A stretch of 64,000 nucleotides of DNA from Octopus sinensis. Its lineage: Eukaryota. The notes beneath the pieces are model-generated. The model searched no databases. It saw only the letters and a program-made list of their open reading frames with translations, and was not told the origin of the DNA. Shown piece by piece: positions 1 through 12,570 of the stretch; positions within the stretch are counted from its first letter, which is position 1; every line of letters begins with the position of its first letter. The position numbers and the translations under genes were made by a program. Location: NCBI RefSeq assembly GCF_006345805.1, contig NC_043006.1, positions 48,980,001 to 49,044,000 on the forward strand. The letters run 5' to 3'.

Positions 1-278
1 TATTATTCTGTGTTTTGAATACTTTTATTCTAATAAATGTTGCTTACTGCAAGTTATGGATGATTCTTTTATGACTGCATTGCTTTCAGGCTTAGCTTAA
101 GGTATTTTTGCGCCCGACATCACAAAATGCGTCTGAATAAACATTGCCGGACAGCAAATAGAAACTCAGACATTGCTTAGAAAATATTTTTCATTTTTAA
201 CTTCGTATATAGTGTGCACTAGGGATTTTGACCTTTAAATTTTGGGGAAAAAATGCGGATTATACTCGAGTTCTACAA
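1..278. mobile_element. Right end of a non-autonomous Tc2/pogo-like DNA transposon
   Basis: Ends in aaaaaatgcggattatactcgagttctac, resembling the reverse complement of CCGTA..CTCGAGTATAA.CCGC-type TIRs; the left end would lie outside the window. Confidence 0.4.
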
Positions 279-429
279 GAGTTCTACAGTTATCACAAAT
301 GTATCTTCAGTACCATTCTTAAATCTGTAGAGCTTGTTTCAACATTATTTGGCTTTTTGGCTTCATGCTCTTGCTTCATGTGGCTTGGGTTGTTCCAAGT
401 TAATGGTCCCAGAGACATCATCATGCATA

Positions 430-1135
430 GAGCTGACCAGGTCCACCAGGGCTCTCTATTGCTGGCAGTCCAGTGCCAGCCGCTCTGCATCCTCCAGAGT
501 AATGTTGAGCCACTGCAGATTTTCCCCAACCATGTTCAGCCATCTGGTGCAGAGTCTGCCACAAGGCCTCTACCAACCTGCAGTTACTGTGTTGAATGAG
601 AGTAAATCCCTGGTAGGATGATCTAGTGGGAGATGGAGGACATGTCTGTACCAGCACATGTGATGTTGTTGTTAAGCAACAAGACAGGTAAGGGTGATTA
701 GGTGATAGTCTAGGGCTTAGGGGCGGGAGACCCCAGATCTTGGTAGAAAAAAAACTTTGATCGTCTTGTTGTAGTCGAGGCTCTTCGTTGACACCACTGG
801 GAGGTGGCCCTCGAAGTCATTGGAAATGGAGATCTCCAGGTCCAAGTTCTTGAACGGCCACATATGATGGATAGCTATGAGGTGGGTAGCAGCAAGCTGA
901 TGTATCCTTGCATGCAGTTCTTTGTTGGAAACATGATGGTATCATCTGATATTTTCATTGGTTCTCAGGGTTTTGCTATCAAAGCTGTCATTCCTCTATG
1001 ACTGGGTTTTCGAGAGGAGCCACATTTCTACTCCATAGAAGAGAATAGAGAGGACCAATGCATTGTAGATGCAGAATTTTGTCTTCCAGGAGGTAGAGAA
1101 CCAGAGGGACTTCCATAGGGAATACATGATCCTAA
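430..1135 (-). mobile_element. Degenerate RTE-clade LINE, RT C-terminal region
   Basis: Minus-strand translation gives TKFCIYNALVLSILFYGVEMW (~1090-1020) and WYRHVLHLP..GW*RPCGRLCTRWLNMV...LALDCQQ*RALV (~655-440), matching RTE motifs LLYGAETW, WxGHV and GRPRxRW; contains stops and an internal interruption near 690-860. Confidence 0.85.
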
Positions 1136-2066
1136 CAGTCAGACCACATTATTTAGTCAATATATATACTGCAAGGTCAAAGGGTATCATTGACAGATTT
1201 GAAAGAAACAACTAATCTTAGTCATTAGCCAAGCTGTACAATGAATAAACTTACAGATCCATTTGAAGCTCAAGGAGTCCAGAATTTGTTATATTGTTAT
1301 TAACACTACAAGTTATCTAAATCCTAACTTTTCAATCACCTCAATCCATTGTCTGGTGTTATTAACATAAAAATCTTTAACATAATGAAGTGATGCTATG
1401 GAGGTATATAGATTTAAACATCAAATAAAAGTAAGAGAATACATATGACACAGAATTTCAATGGATCCCACCACCCCTGGCAAGTAATACTAAATGCCAA
1501 ATGCACTTCTAATTATATAAACAGACAGACAGAGAGTGAGTGGCAGAGAGGCAGACAGGCTAGCAGGCAGATAGATAGGCAGACAGACAGATTTATAATG
1601 ATCTTTGTCAATTTATTCTTTCTTTTTTTTTTTCTCTTTCTTTTATTATGCTAAGGTGTTCCAGTTCTCAGCAAAACCTTTTACTTATCAAGGCTGACAA
1701 TTTCTGTTTACAGAAACACAATAGATATGATTAATTTAATAGAATTGTCGTCTTTATCTCCTTAATAAAATAAACACTACAAATAAACAGGCAGGAATTC
1801 AGGTATCCAGGTTGCAAATGAACCTTTCTTTCGAGTATTGTTGGTTTGTATGTCTTTTATCTTTGGCTAGTTCTAGTCAATGGTTGAGGCAATGCCTTAA
1901 AGAGTTCAACCAAACAAATCAACTTGATTTTAAATCTATTACTTACTCTATCAATCTCTATTGCCAAATCATTAAGTTACACAGACATTGACAAATCAAT
2001 ACCAGTCATTAGGCAGGATGTAGGAGGAGACAAATACAAAGACACACACTATGTGTGAAGGCACAT

Positions 2067-2400
2067 GGGCTCAGTGTTTAGAGTGTCAGGCTCACAATAA
2101 CGAGGTAGTGAGTTCGATTTCCCAGACCAAACTGTGTTGTGTTCTTGAGCAAGTCACTTTATTTCATGTTACTCCAGTTTACTCAGCCTTAGAGATGAGT
2201 TGCGGCATTACTGGTGCCAAGCTGAATCAGCCTTTGCCTTTCCCTTGGATAACATTAGTGGAGTGGAAAGTGTAGGCTGGCATGCATGGGCGACTGCTGG
2301 TCTTCCATAAACAATCTTGACCAGATTTGTGCCCCAGAGGGTAACTTTCTAGGTGCAATCCCATGGTTATTCATGACCGAAGGGGGTCTTTACCTTACCT
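2067..2400 (+). mobile_element. tRNA-derived SINE, group B, tail type 1
   Basis: A-box-like tgggctcagtgtttag, B-box gagttcgattt, central ttcttgagcaagtcacttta, tail ending gaagggggtctttacc; similar copies at 25403 and 50483. Confidence 0.85.
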
Positions 2401-2404
2401 TACT

Positions 2405-2442
2405 TTGTATGTATGTATGTATGTATGTATGTATGCTATGTA

Positions 2443-2485
<43 letters not shown>

Positions 2486-2535
2486 ATGCATGCATGCGTG
2501 TGTTCATGCATGCATGATTGCATGTATGTATGTAC
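2405..2535. repeat. Compound (TATG)n/(TG)n/(CATG)n microsatellite
   Basis: Directly visible. Confidence 0.95.
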
Positions 2536-2703
2536 ACACACAAATGGGCTTGTATGCAGTTTCTGTCAACTAAATCCACTCACAAGGCATTGGTTGGCTC
2601 AGTGTTATTATAAAAGACTCTTGCCCCAAGGTGCCACACAGTGGGATTGAACCTAAAACTATGTGGCTGCTAAGCAAGCTTCTTAACTACACAGTCATGC
2701 CTG
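2535..2703 (-). mobile_element. CORE-type SINE (group A), 5' part
   Basis: Reverse complement of the group A head and core (cttgccccaaggtgccacacagtggga). Confidence 0.8.
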
Positions 2704-3231
2704 TCTTTTTTTTAAATTAATTTTGTTTGTTGCATTACTTGTAGCTTGCCTAATACATACGCACACACACCTAATACACACATGCACACACCTCAGATAC
2801 ACTAACATGCATTTCATACTACTTGGTAAAAAAAGTAAAAATTTCACTATCTCCACCACTATCACCCACAAAAAAAGAAAAAAATAATAAAACCACTAAA
2901 TTTTATTTTGTAAACGGATACAATATTTGAACTTCTTAGATTCAGTTACTTCCCAGTTGGCAGAGCTGAAACTCAAGCTGGTGAGTGTGGATAAAATGGA
3001 GGCACCTGTAGCAAGGCCTAGAATCAAAACCTTACAGCTTTAGTAACAAGAATCACATCACATGTAGGTTTGGCAACATGACCTGAATATTAACCTATCA
3101 ACTTGCTGGAATATCACCCCACATTAGAGAATGTTCTATTTTGTTCCAGTAGTTCCCTTGCTTTTCAGCAGTTTGGCAAATATGACTTATAGAACAAGTA
3201 CCAGATTTTTAAAAGATTAAATAAATACCAA

Positions 3232-3565
3232 ATGGAAATTGTAGTTGTGATACCTGTGCCAGTGGCACGTAAAAAGCACCATCCGAACGTGGCCGATGCA
3301 AGCGCCGCCTTGACTGGCTTCCATGCAGGTGGCACGTAAAAAAGCACCAACCAATTGTGGCTGCTGCCAGCCTCCTCTGGCACGTAAAAAGCACCCACTA
3401 CACTCACAGAGTGGTTGGCGTTAGGAAGGGCATCCAGCTGTAGAAACACTGCCAGATCAAACTGGAACCTGGTGCAGCCTGCTGGCTTCCCAGACCCCAG
3501 TCGAACCGTCCAACCTGTGCTAGCACGGAAAACGGACGTTAAACGATGATGATGATGATGATGAT
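3232..3565 (+). mobile_element. RTE LINE 3' UTR with (GAT)n tail
   Basis: Tandem tggcacgtaaaaagcacc motifs, then gaagggcatccagctgtagaaac...ggacgttaaacgatgatgatg; the same sequence is contiguous with RT-coding DNA at 29048-29825 and 56010-57150. Confidence 0.85.
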
Positions 3566-4849
3566 TAAAAATAAGTAGTGGGGTTAATTTCTGTGACTAA
3601 AGCCTTCAAGGTAATGCCCCAGCAAAGCCACAGTCCAATAACTAAATCAAATAAATAATAAAGAAACACCATGCTTTTGCTAACCGTTTTAAGTGTTTAT
3701 GTAATTTCAAGCAGACAGACACTCACTGTCCTCCCATCTTTGATCTAGTGGAACAATGAAGCTGTGACAGCTGGAGCGAGAGAGGTCAACATCAGCACTC
3801 AGCTGGTTCTCGTTTTCAGCTGAGTAGCCGGTAGCAACATCAAATGAAGTGTCTTACTCAAGAGCACAATGCATTGCTCAGCCCAGGAATGAAACCCTAT
3901 GATCTTATGATTGAGAGCCAAACACCATCAACAATAGACTACATAATTTACTTAGCTATAAGTAAAAACAATAAAAGGTAAATTATTTTAAACTCGGGAA
4001 AATCTATGGAGTGGAGCTTCGATTAACATATGTAAGCGTGGATCCTTTTGCTTTTATATATTAGGACATGCTGTCCTAAGGCTTCAAACATGTGCTCCCA
4101 ATTTCATATATAGTAAGGAGGTTTTTGAAAGAAAATTGATTGTTATATTCAACAAGTCAAGTGACATTAGGACTATTTCTCTGAAGGGAAAGTAAACAAA
4201 GGCAAAGAAATGCATGTTGCGATGCTCATGTTTGCAATTAATACAGGGATGAGGAACACTTGTTCATGAGTGAAAATGTTAACCATAATCAGACACCTGT
4301 TCCCGTGCTCCATCATGCTTTAACCTCTCAATACCTGACATAAAACTGCCTCCCTAAATACTACACACCACATCCCTAAGTTGTGGGGTTTTGTCTTGCA
4401 ATTTACAAGGTAACTTCACTAGTGCTGTACCCAAAAGACTCTGTTGGTATTAGAAAAGGATCCAGTCATTGAAACCATGTCAAAGCTGACACTGGAGTCT
4501 GATGCCTTCCTCTGGCTAGCAGACACCTGTCAAACTGCCCAACACATGCCAGCATGGAAAACATATTGATGATGATGATGATGAATCAAAATTGAAACAG
4601 CCTACTGAAAAAGTCCCCATAGACCCGCACTAAAAAGAAATGGTTTAAGCCATATGAGCAAAACAGTCAATTCATAGATTTGCAACAAAAACATTGCAAA
4701 CCTATAAATTTGTAAAACTAAAGATTCCTTATTTTTCTCAGCACAGACGAACCTAATGCAGATTCTTAAGAATTTGCAGTTCAAACCCCACAACTTAAAG
4801 AATTCCCAGCTTATACTTTACTGTGTAGGAACCGAGTATACTCAGTTCC

Positions 4850-5500
4850 ATGCATGTACACTTGAGATATAGAACCGGGTTGGCTCATTTTCAGCAGTAG
4901 GGCACTTGCCAAAATTCTCCATATTTCATATGACGTATTACACACATTTGTTTTTACTGCCCAATGGAAAGAGGTTGCTAGAAGAGATTTGCATATAATT
5001 AGCATGTTAGATCACCAGTAAAAAGTTACTCAGCGCAATGAGGGCTAAGAACTCTTCCATCCCAGCTCCAAAGTAATAGCAATACAAGTGAAATGAAGTT
5101 GCTTTAGCCAAGAATGAAATCCGAGTTGCTGACAAAGCTTGCCAGGATCTTGTCTTCACAGTACAACATTAACAACCCCCACCTGGGTACAATAGTTATC
5201 ATTAAATCAACTGGAATTCTGAAAGCTAGACAACAAGAATGCAGCAGTGGCTGTTAAAATAATGCATTAACTGGATATTCTGCAGTTTCCCAGCTATCTG
5301 CAGTTTACTGTTGCATTACAAATAGCATTCCAAGGAATTGCATTGCTGCATATTGACTCAGACGGTGCAGTTTTGTGCAATAAATTATACATTGCTGCCG
5401 AAGAGAACAATAAAAACATTGTATATGTGTTGCTAGTGTGCAGTAAAGCAAGATAAGTTTCTTTGTGACCTTGTTTAATTTCCCAGTAAGAGCTGTTGCA
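4850..5500 (+). mobile_element. Highly decayed LINE apurinic endonuclease region
   Basis: PNGKRLLEEICI*LAC*ITSKK (~4960-5025) resembles NxNGxRLLxFCxxxxLxIxNT; HPSSK (~5058) resembles the RTE WxHPRSK motif. Confidence 0.55.
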
Positions 5501-6392
5501 CTTTACTTCTACTCTTAGTGGAAAGCAAGTACATTACAACCTTTCTGGTTAGGTTCTTCTCAATGAGTGTAACTGAAATGAAGAGTGTTGAAGATAACTT
5601 GAGGGTGACTGAACCATGGTTTGAGTGAGCGAGTGATCAACAAAGGAAAGTCACTAATAAAATGCATAATAGAGTTGAAAATGGAGAACAAAAAAAAATG
5701 TTAACCCAACCATATTAACAAGATTTTCTGTACATTCTTATGAATTCTTCCGTGCAGGTGAACAACATGCTAAAAATAGTAGCCAAATCTTCCTCAGTTT
5801 GTAACCTACAATCTTAAATGGGGGAGGACACAATGGAAGATGTAGTCTAAGATACACTATGCCTGAAAAAGGATGAGATGGTCATAGATAGCTTGAACAC
5901 CTTTGAACATAGAGCTGCTCAATCATAGCTCCTGGTCAGCCCTGATCAAGCAAACCTACATTCAAAGTCATTCCAGCTGTGACCAGCCTGCCTTTCTTTC
6001 AGAAATACAATTTCCAAAGTGTCCCTATTTTTAAGATGGTACGGTGTGATTTGCCTGCTCTTCCAAGCAGATCAAATGATTCAGGGAATTTTTTTGGCAA
6101 TTTTTTTGGTGACAATGATGATGCTAATAACAAAGATGGTGGTGACAACAATAATGAAGACAACAACAATTTGTAGATGGCATTCCTTTCATGGCTGTGT
6201 GGTTCCGAGTTCAGTCCCACTGCGTGGCACCTTGGGCAAATGTCTTCTACTTACAGCCCCCTCGGCTTGCCAGCCTTTGTCAAACCGTCCAACCCATGCC
6301 AGCATGGAAAAACGGATGTTAAATGATGATGATGATAATGATGAATAGCTCACATGCACTACTTCAGAGATTACCAATAACAAGTTACATAC

Positions 6393-6494
6393 CTGTAGTG
6401 CCCATGGTTATATAGATCCAGCAGAGTTGGGTGGGGGGCATAGTTGTGATGAATTTAAAAAGAAAAAAAATCGTTCATAAAATTTCCAGCTTAC
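6393..6494 (-). other. Candidate exon (102 nt), non-coding or first coding
   Basis: Minus strand: ttctttttttatattttattgcag|GTAAGCTG...CACTACAG|gtatgt. All three through-frames contain stops; an internal ATG gives MPPTQLCWIYITMGTT up to the donor. Confidence 0.35.
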
Positions 6495-6544
6495 CTGCAA
6501 TAAAATATAAAAAAAAGAATTGTTATTATTACCATCAATATTGC

Positions 6545-6935
6545 AATTATTATTATTATTATTATTATTATTACTGATGATGATGAGGATGACAACGACA
6601 GTGGTGGTGGCAGTAGTAGTGACTGACGAGGAGGAGAAGGAGGAGGAAGGGGAGGATGCGGAAGAGGAGGAGGGGTAGAGGAGGATGAGAGGAGGTGGAA
6701 GGGAGGATGTGGAGGGGGAGGGGTGAAAAGGAGGAAGAGGAAAGGCAGAGGAGGATGAACAGGAGGATGAGAGGAGGAAGAGGAAGTAGAGGAGGACGAA
6801 AAGGAGGAAGGGGAAATGAGGAGGAGGAGGATGACGAGGAGGAAGAAGACGAGGAAGAGAAGGAGGAGGAAGACGAGGAAGAGAAGGAGGAAGATGAGGA
6901 AGAAGAAAAGGAGGAGGAGGAAGACAAGGAGGGAC
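6545..6935. repeat. (TTA)n followed by a ~310-bp polypurine (GAG/GAA) low-complexity tract
   Basis: Directly visible; it is the source of several spurious long ORFs. Confidence 0.95.
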
Positions 6936-7149
6936 CACTGTTGTAAAATATGGTTGTGGAAGTGATGTTGAAGTGTCCGTTTAGATATGAGTGGTGTGAG
7001 AGTGACACAGGTTCTTTCATCTCTCTCTCTCTCTCTCTCCCTCCCTCCCTCTCTCTCTCTCTCTTTCTCTCCTATTTGTTGTTTGTTGTTGTGATTGTGG
7101 TTGTGTTTGTTGCTAGTGTTATTGTTCTTATTGCTCATTGGCACAGTGC

Positions 7150-7542
7150 CAGGAGTGGCTGTGTGGTAAGTAGCTTGCTTACCAACCACATTGTTCTGGG
7201 TTCAGTCCCACTGCGTGGCATCTTGGCCAAGTGTCTTCTACTATAGCCTCGGGCCGACCAAAGCCTCGTGAGTGGATTTGGTAGACGGAAACTGAAAGAA
7301 GCCCGTCGTATATATGTATAAGTATATATATACATCTGTGTGTGTGTTTGTGTGTCTGTCCCCCCAACATCGCTTGACAACCGATGCTGGTGTGTTTACG
7401 TCTCTGTAACTTAGCGGTTTGGCAAAAGAGACCGATAGAATAAGTACTAGACTTACAAAGAATAAGTCCTTGGATCGATTTGCTCAACTAAAGGCAGTGC
7501 TCCAGTATGGCTGCAGTCAAATGACTGAAACAAGTAAAAGAG
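7150..7542 (+). mobile_element. Full-length CORE-type SINE (group A, OR2-like)
   Basis: Head ggagtggctgtgtggtaag with B-box-like gggttcagtccc, CORE-like cttggccaagtgtcttctact, internal (TG)n, tail tgactgaaacaagtaaaagag; more than 20 copies in the window. Confidence 0.9.
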
Positions 7543-7805
7543 TATAGAAAGAAGTAGAGACAGACACACAGAAAAAGCATACACACACACATACCTATGA
7601 TGTGGATATGTGTATATGATGAGCATCTGCATAGTTTCTGCCTTCAAATTTCACTCACAAGATTGGCTCAAAGCAAGAGAAATTTTTTTTTTAAATTACC
7701 TAAGATGTCACACAATGAAAATGAAATCAGGACTTCATGGTTGCAAAGTAGAATTCTTAACCACATAGCCATGCCTGCACCCATATAATTTGCATACTTT
7801 ATTAA

Positions 7806-8310
7806 CCCTTTAGCAAATTCAGATTATTCTGTCAAATGTATCACCATCGTCACCATCAACTGACATCCTCTTTCCATGCTGGCATGGGTTGGACAGTTTG
7901 ACAGGAACTAGCCAGGCAGAAGCTTGCACTACACTTCTGTGTCTGTTTTGGCATAGAATTTTTCATAGCTGGATGCCCTTCCTAGCACCATCCATTCCAC
8001 AGAGTGGGTTGAGTGCTTTTTACCTAGCACCAGCACAGCTGGTTTTGGCATGGTTTTAACAGCTGGATGCCCTTCCAAATGCCAACCACTTTACAGTGTG
8101 GACGGATGGACTGGACTGGATGCTTTTTAAATACTTATTTATTCATATTGCTTTGAATTAATCATGCATCATTTCAGAGCTTCAGGATTTTGACAATTGA
8201 TTGTATATTTCAGAACCACATTGTAGAATAGGTATGAGAGGCCAGATCCAGCCACTTTAAACATAAAACAGGTATTCTGGCTGGAAATGGCTGGTTTGAA
8301 TGCAAATGGG
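7806..8310. mobile_element. piggyBac-like MITE containing an RTE 3' UTR insert (~7840-8130)
   Basis: TTAA|CCCTTTAGCA ... TGCAAATGGG|TTAA; inverted homologue at 38880-39497. Confidence 0.75.
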
Positions 8311-8329
8311 TTAAGACAGGAATATCATT

Positions 8330-8575
8330 AAGAGAGCATATTCAAAATAATTTTAGAATGGAGCAGAGAACCAAAAACACAAGTTCTAATGAATTGGACA
8401 TGTTGCAAGGTTCACAGACAACAGACGGATGCATGCAGTTTCCAATTGATATCTAAGAAACTGGAAAATGCCCTTGGAAGGCCTTCATGACAATGGAAAG
8501 ATGATTTAGTTGAGCAATCTGGATCAAGATGGAAAAGAATGGCGCAATCAAGACATGTGATGGTCTGGTCAATAC
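8330..8575 (+). mobile_element. RTE LINE C-terminal remnant
   Basis: *IGHVARFTDNRR...PLGRPS*QWKDDL...WKRMAQSR, matching WAGHVAR..DxRW..GRP..RW. Confidence 0.8.
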
Positions 8576-8685
8576 TGTGATAAAGAAAGACCTTAGCACA
8601 AACAACAGGAGTGTGTGTTCTTTTTTTAAGGCCCAGTGCTTAACTCTCATTTTATGGCATTCAGTAAGAGAAATAATTGCTTCTT

Positions 8686-8917
8686 ATTTCTTTATTGACC
8701 ACAAGTGGCTAAACATAGAGAGGATAAACAAGGACAGACAAAGGGATTAAGTCAATTACATCAACCCCAGTGTGCAACTGGTACTTAATTTATCGACCCC
8801 GAAAAGATGAAAGGCAAAGTTGACTGTGGCAGAATTTGAACTCAGAACGTAACAGCAGACGAAATACCGCTAAGCATTTCGCCCAGCATGCTAACATTTC
8901 TGCCAGCTTGCTGCCTT
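8686..8917 (-). mobile_element. SINE group C (Deu/Nin-like central domain)
   Basis: Reverse complement carries B-box gagttcaaattc and gcctttcatctttcggggtcgataaattaagtaccag. Confidence 0.85.
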
Positions 8918-9442
8918 ATTGCTTCTACTACATAGTTGACTAATCATATTGATTCAACATATTGTGACCCATGTCATCAATAATGAAAATTAAGTGAGGT
9001 TACTAAACCACCACTCAACAACAACAACAACAACCACAGCCTGCCCTCCACTCCTGAAAGTGAGCAACGCCAACAAGGAAATAGTCATGTGGTCTGTTTG
9101 AAAGAGCCACCAAATCTCTTTCAAAGCCACACCCAACCATCTTAAAAATTCAAAATAGGAAGCAGAATACAGTTTAAAAAGTATGACTATGTCAGAGCAA
9201 AAGATGGGATGGTGATGACTGGAATGCTCTTTGATCATATGTTTGCTTTACTAGGAGGTTGGGGTGAAGGCCTGACCTGGAGTTAAAGAGCAAAACAGCA
9301 ACAACACTTCAAAGCATCACCATCAAAAAGTGCATCAGCACTGATTTTTTTTTTACACAGCTCAACTGCACCCACCTCTATGTGTAATACATAAACATGA
9401 CAGCATATTCTGGTGACATCTTACACACAAACGCCTACATAC

Positions 9443-9602
9443 AGATTGATTGATTGATTGATTGGTTGATGAATGGATGGATGGATGGATGGATAGATAG
9501 AAAGATGGGGATAGACAGATAGGTGGATGGAGATAGATATATAGATAGATAGATAGATAGATAGATAGACAGACAGATAGATATAAATGGATGCATAGTT
9601 AT

Positions 9603-9660
<58 letters not shown>

Positions 9661-9678
9661 GAACAGACAGATAGATAT
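9443..9678. repeat. Compound (GATT)/(GGAT)/(AGAT)n tetranucleotide array
   Basis: Directly visible. Confidence 0.95.
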
Positions 9679-9847
9679 CAGTGCAGGTATAGATGTGTAA
9701 TTAAGAAGATCACTTTGTAACCACATGGCTTCAAGTTCAATTCCACAGCATGGCACCTCGAGCAAGTGTCATCAAGTATAGCACCAGGCTAATCAATGCT
9801 TTCTGGGTGAATCTGGAAAATGAAGACTAAGGAACTTTCTCTCTCTC

Positions 9848-9889
<42 letters not shown>

Positions 9890-10453
9890 GTGTGTGTGTG
9901 TGTGTGCATGCACGCGCATGCATGCATGTTATTGTGTTTGTCCCCCACCACTATCACTTGACAACTAGTGCTGGTTTGTTTACGTCTGTATAACTTAGCA
10001 GTCTGGCAAAAGAGAGTGACATAGAATAAGTACTAGATTTAAAAACTATCGGTTGACTTGTTTGACTAAACCCTTCAAGGCTGTGCCCCAGAAAGGCCCA
10101 CAGCCCAATAACTGAAACAAACTAAATAAGATGAGACACACACACACACAGGAGTCAAAACATGTGGAACCACACCTTAAACATTACCTCATATCAAATG
10201 GCTTACTTGTACACCTCAAAACCAAGAAAACATTCGTATCATTTCAAACTTCCTACTTTCCTTTGTACATTCTACTGAAAAATTAAACACAATTAATGAG
10301 AACCCTATAAATTTCACATTCACTACAAATATAAACACCTACGCATCAGCACTTAAAAAGTACTGAATGCTTATTATACGACCTGAAAACTATAACACAT
10401 AACAACACTCACTCACATTAAAAATATTTAAGAGGAAAAAAAAAAAATCATGG

Positions 10454-10515
<62 letters not shown>

Positions 10516-10830
10516 ACTTGACATTCTTAAATTTCTGACAATCTACTGTAAACTACTTGTAGGAAGGTGGGTGTTAAATATAAAGGAATCATTGTAAACA
10601 CTTTAAACAAAATAATATTAATACTAGGATAGACAAACACTAATGTTTCACCATCATGAATAAATAAATATACAGTGAATATAAAACAATACGTATTGTA
10701 AGCAAACACTAACACACACACACACTTAAACACAAATAAACAATACTATCATGACCAATAAGAGTCATGTAGGGAGCCTCTACAAGGTTACTCAACCTGC
10801 TAGAAATAGTCACTAATTCTAACTTCTTAA

Positions 10831-11047
10831 CCCTTTTGTTACCAACTCAGCTGAAACCAACCCTGGCTCTGAGTACAAATGTCTTATTTTCATAAGTTTT
10901 GAATTAAAATCTTCCACCAAACCTTAGTCACAATTTATGTTCCTAACACTAGCTGAATAACTAAATTATTTTACTAAATTCTTTGTTATATTTAAAATAA
11001 TTGAGAGAAACACAGAGCATCTCAAAATAAATACAGTAACGAAAGGG
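10831..11047. mobile_element. Intact piggyBac-like MITE (217 bp)
   Basis: TTAA (10827-10830) CCCTTTTGTTAC ... GTAACGAAAGGG TTAA (11048-11051); sister copies at 33923-34140 and 39798-40019. Confidence 0.85.
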
Positions 11048-11124
11048 TTAAATAAGGAAAGGATAAATTAATTGGTGTAGTCCTTAACATATATGCTAAG
11101 GAAAGTTGTGATGGTCACAGCTGG

Positions 11125-11398
11125 AATACCTTTCATCATAGGTTTGCTTAGTCAGAGTTGAGAGCTCAAGTTAAACATCAACAAAATCAAATTTTGATCA
11201 TTAGCCTACGCAATGGAATTGAGCTGGGGTTCAACAGTAACACCAACGTTTTATCACAGGTTTGATCGATCAGAGTTGAGCTGGGATTTAAACTTCAGCA
11301 ACAACTTTTGATCACAGGACTGCTGAATCAGAGTTGAGCTAAGATTAAACAACAACAGTCTTTGATCATAGGTTTGCTCAATCTAGGATTAAACAAAT
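11125..11398 (+). repeat. About 5 tandem ~55-bp units derived from the tail of a dispersed repeat
   Basis: Unit approx tttgatcataggtttgctcaatcagagttgagctgggattaaacaacaac; single copies end related repeats near 5900, 9230 and 24335. Confidence 0.8.
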
Positions 11399-12283
11399 AC
11401 ACAAAACATCATCTGAACTGTTTAGATTAAGCATCAGCCCCGTTCATCTCACCAGTGTAGGAGAGACTACAAAACACTTGAGCCTACTCTTCCCCTGCGA
11501 CTACTTTATAAAACAACAACACTAACATGCACTTATTCACACATACACAATACTGACAAACACTGACTCAAAACTAATGAATAGAATATGTCTCCATGAG
11601 ATAAATTATCAGAAATGGGAAAAAAAATCAGGACAACAAAAGAGGCAAACTATGTTGGTATGTTGAGGGGGGAAAAGAGACTTAGAGGTGTGTGTGTGTG
11701 TGTGTGGTTAGTTAATCCCTACTAAAGTAATTTAAGTGGCTGGTTGAGATATTTTACACCTCTCACTCATAAAGTCTTCATATTCATATTTTTTTTTAAA
11801 TATTTATATTTTTACCTAGTGTTACTTAACCATAGTTGAAGGAAGGGATGAAGGAGAAGAAATATATGCCAAAAATGTGACACAAGCAAATATGCAAGAA
11901 CTCAGCTTTCCAGCAGCACAGGAGTGTTGCTAATAATATCCACTTTGCATTGAGCCTCCACTTCTGATGGAGTCGAGAGGCATGTGTTGATATATGATAT
12001 GTCTTGGGCATTTAAACATGGCAGTCTCACCACAACCAATTTCCTCAAGAGAGAAAGAGAGAGAGATATATAGATAAAGAGACAGACAGACAGATAGAAG
12101 GAAGGTTCTTACTACTGAACTGACTGGAAATGTATTTATCAACCCATAAAGGATGAAAGGTAAAGCCCATCTCTACAGGATTTGAACTTTTGAACTCAGA
12201 GTGCAGAGAGCCAGAACAAGTACCTGCTTGGCATTCTCTCCAACATTCTAATGATTCTATTACATTGATATCTTTAATAATGT

Positions 12284-12570
12284 GAGGGCATGTGGCTTAA
12301 TGGTTAGAGCATTTGGCTCATGGTTATAATGTCATGAGTTCAGTCCCCAGCAGTGTTGTTTCCTTGAGCAAGACATTTTATTTTATATTGCCAGTCCACT
12401 CTGCTGACAAAAATGAGTTGTACCAGTATTTCAAAGAGCCAGCCCTGTCACATTCTGTGTCATGCTGAATCTCCCTAAGAACTATGTTAAGAGTACACAT
12501 GTCTGTTAAGTGCTCAGCCTCTTACATATTAATTTCATGAGCAAGCTGTTCCATTACTCAGATCCACTCA
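12284..12570 (+). mobile_element. SINE group B, tail type 2, diverged
   Basis: tRNA-like head, ccttgagcaagacatttta, tail shared with 24496-24882. Confidence 0.8.

Noticed and set aside
3260-3400. Short repeats (tggcacgtaaaaagcacc) separated by variable spacers, superficially CRISPR-like
   Set aside because: They are internal to the RTE 3' UTR and recur with the same spacers in many dispersed copies; the context is eukaryotic with no cas genes
6408-7189. Longest ORFs in the track (149-232 aa; Pro/Ser/Leu/Glu-rich)
   Set aside because: They are translations of the GA-rich tract and microsatellites, open in several frames at once
10207-10274. Minus-strand segment with a good acceptor (ttttcag) and a gtaagc donor
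   Set aside because: Stops in all frames; such pairs arise by chance in AT-rich DNA, so it is kept only as a possibility
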